NCBI GenBank assembly: GCA_048213135.1 | Contig: PS015059.1 | Location: 150,511 to 214,510 of the forward strand | Source of the DNA: Reclinomonas americana ATCC 50394 | Taxonomy: Eukaryota | DNA: 64,000 bases | Direction of reading: 5' to 3' | Shown: piece by piece, positions 47,454 through 59,400 of the stretch | Layout: each line of letters opens with the position of its first letter | How positions within the stretch are numbered: the first letter of the stretch is position 1 | Notes under the pieces: model-generated | Database searches by the model: none | Told to the model about the DNA's origin: nothing | Seen by the model: the letters and a program-made list of their open reading frames with translations, nothing else | Made by a program: the position numbers and the translations under genes

Positions 47454-50400
47454 CACGTAAGAGAGCCTCTACCATGCTACAAGACAAATGTGGAATGTAC
47501 CCTGCAGGTTTGCTGGGAGTGAGGATGATGCCACCGAGCATCGGCACCGACGGCGGAGCGTGCATGTCGCCAGCGATACGGTAATTCGCTAACATGCTGG
47601 CCAAGATGCGACTCTGCGCCACGTCCGTGGAGATCTGATTGACCCACGCACGCTGGTACTCGTGCGGCTGCAGCGATGGCACAGACGCCGCACGCGAGCT
47701 GTTGACCCAGGTGAAGAACGCGCGCTGCAACTCGGGAAGCGTGAACATGTCATTGACATCGTCTGCTTGCCATCGCTCAATCTGTGGCACATACAAGAGA
47801 GGATGAGTGCCGCGGTGCACTGGGTATGCACCATCATCGACAGCGTACCTGAAGCCGAGCATAGTGGATGAATGCACCAATCACATTTCCGCTGCGAATC
47901 ATGAACAGACACAGGAGCTCCGGGAGCGCCGAGGTCTGCTGCTCGACGGCGAGGCCAGTGGCAGGCATGGTCGTCTGTTGCTGGGCTTGTGCGATGGCCA
48001 ACAGGGCACTGCGTCGTCGCGGACGCGGCATTGAGCTCGGGAGCGGAGGTGGGGACGGGTTCGACAACGGAGGTGGCATCGGAGACGTCCACGAAATCAT
48101 CGGCACATTCTTCGGCATCACATCTTCCCAGAGTACCACTCCCTGCCCGACCGGCACAGTCCTATCAGCACTGGGCGTAGCATCAAAGTCCGCCATGTCA
48201 ATACTGGTGAGCGGTGCGCTGGCATGCTCCTGACGTTGCAGCTCGACGAGCTCCGAGTCGGCCGGTGACTGGGCATACCATTGCATGACAGTCGACGAAG
48301 CCACTTCGAGACGCGGAGTGCGCTTGAAGGGCTCGGCAATAAGTGCAATCACCGGAAGCATCACGAAACCTACACGCAACGCAGCACGTACGTGTGTGAG
48401 AGAGCAAGAATAGGCGACATCCCAGTTTCCCCTTTCGCGACAAACCAGAAATGATGCCCATCCAAAAGTCGCGCAACCAGCTGGTGAGATCCGATGTCGA
48501 ACTCTGCTCTGCCAGCACCGAGTTGATGTACACGGCGAGGCAAACACCGAACCAGAGGACCTACAAAGATCTCAACACAGGTGAGAAAGCGCGGTGCACA
48601 GCTGAACGTAAGCGCTTTGTTCACTCACAGTGAGCTTTTGCGTGCGGCGGAATGTGTCCGCCTGCGGGCCAGTGGCTGTTGAGATCCACGAGTGCTCCTC
48701 TGCACAGCAACAAGAGAAGCGATAAGAAATAACACCACACGTACACACAGTGCGCAGCTGTTGCAAGACGACAAAACCTTTGATGGCCGTGTATGCACGG
48801 CGACAGAATCGAGTCAGAACACCCGCCTGCCGACGCTGTTCCATAACCTTGGTGACCAGGCCTGGTGCGCGAACAACAAGGTGAGTGCAAGGAGCAGACT
48901 ATCCTGTACTCGCCTAATGAGACGCAACGACGGAAGTTGGCGACCGCGGCCAGATGCCGCAGAGCAGCTGCTCGTGTGCCGCCGACGAGAACTGCAGTAC
49001 GCGATTGCGATGGTCATGAGACTCGATCACCACCTATCACACACGCACGTTAACATGACGCAACTGCCGTCGGTGCGCGCGGCGTGTGTGAAGCTGAGGC
49101 CGTGTGCTCGAAGCGCGTGGCGCACCACTTCTTCAAAGGTGAACATGCTGAGAAGGAAAACACACAACATCATCAGCGTCATACTCCGTCAACAGTTTTA
49201 TGTTGGCAAAGCTGTGACGCACCCGCGGAAGGCAGTAGTAGCTCCCTCCGTGTCGTGTCTGTTTCGCAGTTGCTGCTGCAGTTGCATGGCCGCCACGATC
49301 TTCTTGCGGAAGATGGAGAGGAGGCGCATGTCGACTCGCCGATCCACATAGACGAGCACCAGGAAGACGACAATGTACAGGATGTTGAACACTGCAAGCC
49401 ACCGTCACAATCAGAGTGACTGCAGATGCAACGGGTCGACTCTCCGCAACACAAACCAAGCAAAAAGTAGAATGGCGCGCTTTGCAAGACTCCCGACGAC
49501 AGCACCAGAGACACATCGACCGGTCTGCAACGTAGTCAGTCATCATTTAGCGTCGCACATCAACCACAAAGACGAGGGCCGACGTCAGGCAGTACGCAAC
49601 GAGACAAACGTAAAGGACACGTCAAACAGCGCGTGCACTGCATGCGTATCCGTTAGCAAGGCACACGTTCTGCACACAATCTCTCACTGCACACTCACCG
49701 TCGACACTAAAGTCCGTCAAATGATTGCACTCACAGGCAATCGACGACACCGTGTTGCTCCCGGCGTCCACTCGCAGCAAAGCGGTGCAGCCGTCGCTGC
49801 GCCACGCGGAGGCCGTGGCGTTCCAGTACACGCACAACTTGGCCAGCGCATCCAACACGGCTGCACACGCATGCATGTTAACCTTCACGAACAGCAACAG
49901 GGTGAAGGAGGCGCAAGAACGAAACGATTGGCGGCCAGTTGCGGATACTTGTCCACGTAACCACGGTCGTCACACAGAGTGTTGTTCAGACGCACCAGAC
50001 GCGCGAACGGCACTGGCGTCGCACCCGACGCGCCGTGATGCGTGCGCACACCGCAATTTTCGACATACTCGACCACTTGTTGCTGCGGCAATCACACACG
50101 TTGGCTCGAGCGGGAAGAAGAATCGAATACGGAGAGAGACGCGCGCACGTACCAATGGTTTTTCAAGCTCGCGCAGCAGCGACGAATCCTGCTGCACGAT
50201 CTCAAACAGCACCTTCTCTCCACTGGTACTGTTCAGCGCCAGCTCCACTCCGTGCTCACTGAACAACGAGAACTTTTGCACCGGCGCCGCCAGACGCAGT
50301 TGCAGTGCCGAGTAGAACACGTCACCATTCGGGTCGTTGTTGGGCAGAGACGACGCCACTGCAATGCGTGTCAGGAGCACAACATTGATAGATAGAAGGC

Positions 50401-53400
50401 AGAGAAGATGCGTACCGAGAGGCACTCGAGCCGACACAAACACAGGAGAGAGGGCAAGCAGGCGCGTGGACACCGCTTCCGACACGACAAATTGAGTGCG
50501 GTCACTTGCCGACTGCAGTGCGTCCACTGTTGCGTTGGTCACCGCGGGCGTGGGAGTCAACTGACGGACGACATCACACGTGAGGTTACTCAGTAGGTCG
50601 CTGCCGGGGTCATGACAGCACATCAGCAACGGCGACGCAACACTGACGCTCGGCATGTTGGCCGCGGTGGAGAAATGTGAGGCCACCAGTGTGACCGTGT
50701 CCCCCGTGATCACCGTTGCCGGTTCACCAGGCACCTGCGCAGATTGGTGCACCCATGAGTGTCTTTTTAGAAGAGAAGAATGGCGCTGCGAAAAAGACAG
50801 ACCTTGGTGTTGGCGGCGCGGAATCCAAGTGATTCGACCGCATCGAGACAGATGGAGGCGCCGACTGCAAAGGCATCCGGGTATTGGTGACGCACAGCCG
50901 ACAGCATCGTCAACGCGTTGTCTACTGTTTCGGCAAATCGCTGCGACACAAAACAATCATCAACACGGACGTCATGAAAAAGGCGACACCTCGCCGCCGA
51001 GACGCACCTGTCGATTGGTGTCGGTGGCGAAACTGGCGATGCGCGACAAATTGTCGGCAGCCGTGGCGAGCATAATGACAGCTGTGGCCGACCAGGAGTC
51101 GTTGATGATGGTGTCGGTGGGGAGAGTGCGGAGAGTTCTGCAAGGTCGAAGGAAATTCAGTGGACAGCAGAGCACGTACATGTGCTGCAGTTGAAGAAAC
51201 GCACTCGCTCGTCACATGCGCACTCTTCACGAGTGCGTCCGAAGTCTGCGGGCTCACGGTCAAGTCAACCATGGTCGTGACGCGGTTGATCAGTGTCGCC
51301 GACTGCGCCACAGCCTCTCGGTTCTCGGTGACATTGAGCATGGCCGACAAGGTGGTGCTGTTGGCACGTTCCAGCACCAGCAGGCCAGATGCGAGACTGC
51401 CCACCGACTTGGCCAGCTGCTGCTCCGTAAAGTACGCCTGTGGCAGCAAGAGCGCAGTGCGCACGTCCTGCTGCAGGAACGAAGACTGCCCGGCAATGTC
51501 CGTGCGATTCGTTGGCAAAATAATCACCGTCGTCTGCACGCTCACGTCGCCGGCGTACACGTCGCGCGCACAGACACCCACAGTCAGAGTGTAGTTTGCG
51601 CCGACGTCACCATGCACCGGGAACACAATGCCATCCATCACCAGCCGTGTGGTGCTGCTCAGGTACACCTGCCACAGACGACAGAGTTCAGCGGAAATGT
51701 GAACGAGTGCGTGTGTGTGCACGTCGTCGTACGTACCTTGTCGCCCGAGTATGGATCAACGTAGAACGGCAAGTAGGTGACTGTGCGGCAAAAATGGTCA
51801 GCAAATTTGAAGGAACACATCACGCAGTGAAGTGCACGGCAGCAGCAGTACCGGGCTCGTCGGGATCACGGAATCCATTGACACGGAAAGTAAAGGAGGT
51901 GAGCCGCTCTTCACCCCTCGAGGGAGTGACGGTCACGTTGCCGACTGTTGGGAGGTCGTTGATGAAGAGCGTCACCGACGGAGTGCCTGATGTACAGTGA
52001 GTGACGATGTAATTAAGATTGCGCGCTTTGGAACAACATACCTCCTTCCACGGGCGGATCAAGCTGCAGTTCCACAATGTACTGCGACCCACCGGGCAGC
52101 GTTCCACCGCGAATCTGCATGGAGCCCGGCTGTCCGGCAGGTCCACTCAGGAACTGGAACTGTGTGCTCGTCAAGTCCAGGAGCAGCGATGGATTGCCTG
52201 CGTGTAAGATGGAGGGTTAACACAAAAGATAAAAATTGCACTGCGCAGAGCGCGAAAGGTGCGCCTCGACAGTCACCTGCAGGATACATGCGCCACGTGT
52301 AGCGGAATCGCGTGGTTGCCGTCAACGCCCAGTCCACCGTGGCCTGTACACCAATCGACTTGGACGGATGCAGACGTGCCACTGCAGACCCCTCCGCCAC
52401 AGCAGACTCCGATACCTGCCACACACGAGGGTCAACGCTGTGCTCGGAAGAGAACTCACAGTGTGCGCGACAGCAACATACCACGCGGAACAGGACCGAT
52501 GTTGCACCGCGAACAGTAACGTAGGCAGCAGTGGTCTGCTGACGATCACCACGAGTGGCGGTGACATTGAATTGATGTCTACATCGAGGAAAAGAAAGTG
52601 AGAATTAATTTGCCAGAATTGCAGACAATGAGCTTTCCCCCCGCAGTGGATTTACGCAACACTCCAATATTTGAGAGGCCGCCGGCAAACGTCAACACGT
52701 TTGTGGTTTCCGCGACCACTTGCGGCAACTGACAGTCGCGACCCTCCACCAAGCACATCCAGCGGAATGTCACCGGCACCGGCTACATCACACAGCATAA
52801 ATACTCGACGGGCGACAAAGGAGACACACAACAACGGCACACACACACGAAGAAGCGCACCTCGACAACGGGCTTGGTGCGATCTGGATCTACCAGGGTG
52901 GCGCGGATGCTTACCGGTGTGTTCGGGGCGACAATGCCGCCCGCTGCGCACAAAAGGAATTAGCGACTGGCGTTGCTCGGGAGTGCCGACAGCGGGAGTA
53001 CGCAACACACGACGACGGTGAGATCAAGTCCGTGGGATGCTGCGGCATTCGTGTACAAATGTGTGTAAGCCCTCCTGCAAGAACAACAGCGACAAAGTGG
53101 TTTGCTCACCGGTAATGATGGTATCACGCGCGAGCGAGAATCTGCCGTAGTTTTCGTCGGTCTTGATGCGAACTTGCAAGCTGCTGTACTCGGTGGAGGC
53201 CTCCAAATCGGCCAGCGTACAGTACACCACCGAGGCGCTCGTCCACGAACATGACGGATCAAAGACAACATCAAAGTCCAGGAAGGTGACTTGGAATCGT
53301 GGATTGTGGCCGTAGGTGGCGAGCGGCGGTCCCGAAGCCTGCAACGACACCAGCGCAGTGGTGTAGGTAGGGCGCGCAGCTGAGAACATGAGCACTGTCT

Positions 53401-56400
53401 CCGGAAGCAGTGTGCGCGCTGGCATCATGAAAAAAAAAGCACAGGTGTGAGCAACAGAGCACAGATCTCCTCCCTCTACCTCACGTGCACACGCACCAAT
53501 TTTCGGCGGCGAGCTGTCGCTGAAATCGAGCGTGGTGATCAGCGTCGCCTCAATCAAATACTGCGTGTTGAATGTCAGGCCCACGAGAGAGCACGACACG
53601 ACAGTGTTGGCGAGCAGGGGCCACGGGCACACGGCAGGCAGAGTGTTGAGCCACGGGGTCCCATCGACATACAGGCGCACGGCGGGGTTGCTGCCGGCGT
53701 TCTGTCGCAATGTTACACCCCGCCGTTCAGCAATGCTTGTGTGCAGAGCCGAGTTGCGACTGGAAAACGGTGCCGACGCTCGAATGGCCACAGTCACATT
53801 GTGCACATCCGATGTGGTGTTCTCGATCAGCACATTCTGGTTGATGGTGGTATCTGCACATTTCCACCGGCTCAGTCACTGCATTGCTTGCGCCAGGCAC
53901 CACCACTACCAGCACAACCACTCACCCACGACGAGTCCTATGGCACCGACTTCGACAAATGCACCCGGAGTGCCACCGGCCGAGAGGTCTACACACACTC
54001 GATACGGCGACAAGTATCGCGACAGCAAAAAGCCAGTGGCCGCAACCTGCCGAGTGCTGACGGTCCACAGGTTGTCGGGCGCCAGCGCCTCCAGCGCACC
54101 GTCAGTGGCGTCACCCACATCGGCCACTTGCGAGCACGACGGACCGGGTTCCAGTCGCACCGCGCGCACAGAAACGCCAACACGCAGGCCTGCAAGAGAA
54201 TTGAGTGAGACCAACAAACAATGTGCACAAGCGTGCGTGAGTGTGTGCGTCTTGCGCGTACCTCGTCCAATCAGGGTCAACACTGCCGACGGCGTGCCGG
54301 CGGGCAGCGACGGCGGAATAAACGAGTCCACCGAGGCTGCGGGGTGAGAGAGTGAGGTGCGGACATGACTGCGACACTTGCAGCGATGAAGAAAAACACG
54401 CAGATGCACACCAACAAGCAGCTGCTGGTCCTCCATGACTTTCCAGAAGGAGACCGGCGCTCCACCGGCCACGGTGTCGAGACACACGCTGTAGTCGCCG
54501 GGAGGAAGCGCGCTGGTGAGCGTCACGGTGAGTGTCCTCTCATCGGCCGCATGCGTCCACGCCGTGGACGGCACGTCCACGCTGCCGGTCGGCGTGGGTG
54601 ACAGCACTCGAGCGGAGCACGTGGTGGAGCCTTGCTCCAGACGAATGCGTCGTGCAAGCAGTGACGAGTGCAGACCAGTGCCCGTGATGGTGAACCGCGG
54701 ATTGGAGGCATTGGACGCCACCGCCAGTGGCTGCACACCAGTGGCCGAGGCTGCAGATACATGAGAAGAAGCGCGTCATTTTTCCAAGCATACGCGGGCA
54801 CACAAATTCTCAGCAGGGGAGGTGACTCACCAGAGAGAACCTGCATGGCGCTGGCGGCCGCATAGGCACCGACTGGCGGGTTGGCTGACACGTCCAAACA
54901 CAGCGAGTAGTACAGGCCGGCCTGCGTTGCCGTCGGGAATGTCACGAGCAGCACCGTCGCCGCCGGGTCACTGGTCGAGTCGGCCAGGATGCCGGTCACC
55001 GTTCCGCCACTGGCGCCAGCCGCAGTCGGCGAGCACGTGGGACTCGGCTCCAGTCGGGCGGCCCGCACACTGACGCCGGCGAGCAGACCGCTGCCCGTCA
55101 CGCGCAGTGTTGAGGTGATGTCGCGGTCGAGCACGCGCTGCGGCGAGAACGAGTTGATGACGGCCACATACACGTCGCCGACTTTGTTGTAGGTTGGCGG
55201 GAGACGCGCGGTCAGGTCGACACAAACGGACCATTGGCCGCCAGAGAGACCAGAGCCGCCGACCACCAACGTCACTGCCGAGCCGCCACCGTTGAGGAGG
55301 GAGGGCGCGGAGGCGCACACTGTGCCCGGAGGAAAAGGCATGCCGACGGAGCACGACGGTCCCGCCAGCAAGCACACCGAACGCACACTGAACGACACAT
55401 CCAGCGCCACACCCACAACACTGACGACAGCGGTGGCGTCCTGTGTAAGCACACTTGGTGGTGCCGATCCACTCAGGCTCGCTGCGGGGAGGAGAAAAAG
55501 TGAGAGGATGCAACACGCAAGGATTGGCAAACACACAGTCTCACCGACAAAGAGCGAGGCGGTCGGCGTGCTGCCAAGGCGGACGTAGTTGGGCGAAGTG
55601 TTCCACGCCATGTCGGCGCACACGGTGTACTGGGCGGGTGGTAGACCGACGCCAACCGGCACCGCCAGGATGGGCAGGGTGGCGCCACCACTGGACACGG
55701 CGCCGGCCAAGGACGAGATGCTTATGGACGACGCAGTTGGCGAACAGGCGATGGAGTCAGGCACCAGCAGCAGAGAGCGGAGACTGGTGGCCGACAGACC
55801 GCCGCCTATTATGGCAAATACAACAGAGGAAGGGAGTGAGACCGACAAGCAAGACTCTTCCACAAATGTGCGTGCTCCCCGCACCGGTCAGCGTGAGAGT
55901 TTCCGACGCCACACCCGCAAGCAGAGTCGTTGTGAAGGCATTGACTTGCGGGGCGTATACTAGCCCGGCGGCCGCCGAGGCATTCGCTGGCTGCTGCACC
56001 AGGACACCCAGCATGCCAGCAAATTCGACGCACAGAGTGTACACACCGGTCGGTAGCCCGCCAGCAGGAACGGTGGCCACGGCCAGCGACGGACCGGGAT
56101 TTGTCAGCGCGGCGGCCAGCATGCCCCCGCCACCGACAGCGCACGTCAAGCCAGCCGACTGGAAGCGCACAGAAGCCAGCAAGGCGGTGCTGCTGAGAAG
56201 AGTGCCCTGCAGTGTGATTTGCACACTGGCGACAGATGGAACCACCACGGCCGGCTGTATCACGGCAACTCCGGCTGCGTCGCAATCATTCTTGTTTGTG
56301 AGCATCCAGAGAGGGTGGCATGGAGCAGAATGAATCCAGACTCACCAACATCGAGAGCGGCGGCATGGAAAAACGAGCCAGACGATGGTGACGAAGTAAA

Positions 56401-59400
56401 GTCCACACACACGCTATAGCGACCGGGCACTAGCTGGGGAGCGAGACTGGCGAGTTGAATGCCAATTGAGGCGTTGGCGGCGACGACGGTCAGAGCGACA
56501 TTCGGCACCACAAGAGTGCCCGCCGCAGTGTTGGCTACCGTCGGCGTGCACGAGGCGCCAGGTTCGAGTCGAACAGAACGAATGATCGCCGGCGTCAGGT
56601 CGGGACCTGTCAACACGAACTGTGCACTGGGGTCTGATAGCAGCAGTGACGACGGGCCGACCGTCGCGACGCCTGCATTTGCGCGGTGCGCGGGTGAGCG
56701 CGCTCACAAATTATCCTTCTGTCTCTCTCTCGGTCTCTCTGTTGCGCACGTACACACCTGCAGAGCAATCGGCAGTGGCGGAAAACGCTGCAGGACATGT
56801 GCACACTCCGTCGCCGGCGACGCCCTGCCTGCAAACACCACCATTCTGGCATCCGCAAACGCCAGCACAAGATGGCCCGAATCGTCCACTCAGACACTCG
56901 GCGCAACCGACGCTCGGGTCAAAGTTGCTGAAGCAGGTGGCGCATCGTGTGCCAGGATCGTACCGAGCAACACACAGGCATCCTCCGCTGCCGTTGACAC
57001 CATTGTCGCATCGACCACCATTCAGGCACGGCAGGCACACATTCATGCAGCTGGGGCCGTACGCAGAGGCAGTGCACACGCATCCGCGACCGTTGCGACC
57101 GCTGTCACACCTGTTGGAGCGCGCCGTGAAGGAGGGGGGAGTGAGTGTCAAAAATCTAGAGGAAATCAAAGTGGCGGGGCAAAAATCGAAACGCACATGG
57201 CTCCAGCAGGGCACGCGCACACATCTACGCAGCACAACAATAACAAACGCAACAACAAAAAACGAGTCGTGAGCCACGCACATGCACCATTCTGCCAAGC
57301 GCACACTTCACGAGATACTGACACCCACCGGAACACGTGATGCCAAACTGATTGGACGGGCAGTCAGCTGTCGTGGTGCTCTCTGAATTCGAACCATACA
57401 CTACCACGTCCCCCGTCAAGGCCGCAGCGCGGATTGTGTACGACGTGAGCGCGAATAGTCCACTCGCAGTGAAGTTCACTGTCACCGCCGTGGAGCCGGT
57501 GACGGTCGGCATCGTGCGCACGCGACGCACGGGCACGACAACGCGGCGCACGGTAAAGTTTTGCGCATCGGCCACGTAGAGTGTGTCGGCAGCGGCCGTC
57601 ACGGCCACGCGCGTGGGTCGATTGAACAGAGCCGCTGTGCGGCCAGCTCCACTGGCGCTCCCGGTCACCGCACTCTGCCCGGCGACGGTCCACACGTAGC
57701 CGGTGGCCACATCGAAACAGCGCACCACCGAGTTCAGTGTGTCGGCAATGTACACGAGGCCACCGTCGCTGGTGACGGAGACGGACTGTGGATTCTGGAA
57801 CACCACAGACGTACCGGCGCCGTCGGCGGCCGCACCAATCACTCCCGCTCGACCAGCGACAGTGCCGAGGAGACCACTGGCCACCTCGTACCGACGAATC
57901 TCTTGGTTGCCAGTATCGGCCACCCACACGTACACACCCTGTGAGTCGGCCGCCACACTGGTGGGGTTATTCAGATGCGCGTTACTGCCCACGCCATCCG
58001 CAGTGCCTGTCACACCAGCCGCTCCGGCGACAGTGCTCACCGAAAAGGTAGAGAGCGACACCTGGCGCAACACGTGGTTGCCCGAGTCGGCCACCCACAG
58101 AGAGCCGAGACCGTCGGACGACAGGCCGCGCGGGCTGCTGAAGCGAGCTGCACCACCCACACCGTTGTTGAACCCCGGCACTGCAATCGCGCCCGCCACA
58201 GTGGACACGGTGCCATCTAGCTGCACGCGACGGATTGCGTGCAGGTCGAGGACGAATACGTAGCCGAGGGCCTTGTCGAACGTGAGGTCCGTCAGTGAGG
58301 AGAAGTGAGCCGTGCTCCGCGTGCCATCGTCCGCACCGAACACGCCAGCTGTACCGGCGACTGTGGCCACGACGCCGAACATGTCGAGGCTTCGCACAAC
58401 CCCGTAAGTGGCGTCGGCCATGTACACAGTGCTGCTGCTGCTTGGTGTCGCATTGTCGACAGCCATGCCGACAAGCGCACCAAACTTTGCCGCGCTGAGT
58501 CCATCACCGTCGGCGTAGCCCGAGTTCAACGTGGCACCGGCCACCAGCGACACCGTATTTGCAAACGACTGAGCCGAAGAGCCGCTTGGTGCTAGCTCGA
58601 GAGCCACCAGCACCGGAGCGCCACCATTGGCATTCACCGACACTGGCAGAGTGACCGAGGTGGCCTGCACGGACGTGGCGGAGCTGAGAGATATGACGCT
58701 CGGCAGTGGCATGGTGGTGAATGACACGACCGGAGCACTGCGTTGCGCTGACACATCCGCAGTGGTGGCCACCAATTGCACAAAAAACTGTGTGGCTGGC
58801 GGCAGCGGAGTCAACAGCACGGTCAGAGGCACCGAGGCACTGCCAGACGCCGTGGACGGCATAATCACGGCGGCCGCCGATTGCGGCGCCGCCGACAGGC
58901 CAGCCAAAGTGGTGGAGTACTCCACCGACAGTGTCGACGAAGCAGTACCACCGCCGTGCACCACACTGCCCTGCAACCACGCCGTGTGCGCACCCACACC
59001 CAGTGGCGTGGACGACAGCTGAATCACAGGCAGCGACGCTGTTGTGAAAGTGCCGACAAGACCCGTTTGGAGGGCTGTGCTGGGCGTCGCTGCCGTAATC
59101 ATGAACACGTATGTGGTGGCCGGCGCAAGGCCGGACAGGTTTGCGATGATGGGCGTCGCAGTGTTGCCGGTGACCGTCGGCGGTACTCCAATTGCCGTCA
59201 CGGCGGCCACGGTGCCTAGGGCAGCCGCGGATGTGGCATACTGAAACGAAATCGACGCCGTGGGCCCATTGTTGGCATTCGCCGTGGCCTGCAGCTGCAC
59301 GCGTGCCGCCGTCAAGCCACTGGTGCCCCCAGTAACAACACTCGGCAGTGCCGGCGTGGTGAACTGTAGCACCGTACCGTATTGCGTCGGCACATTCAGC

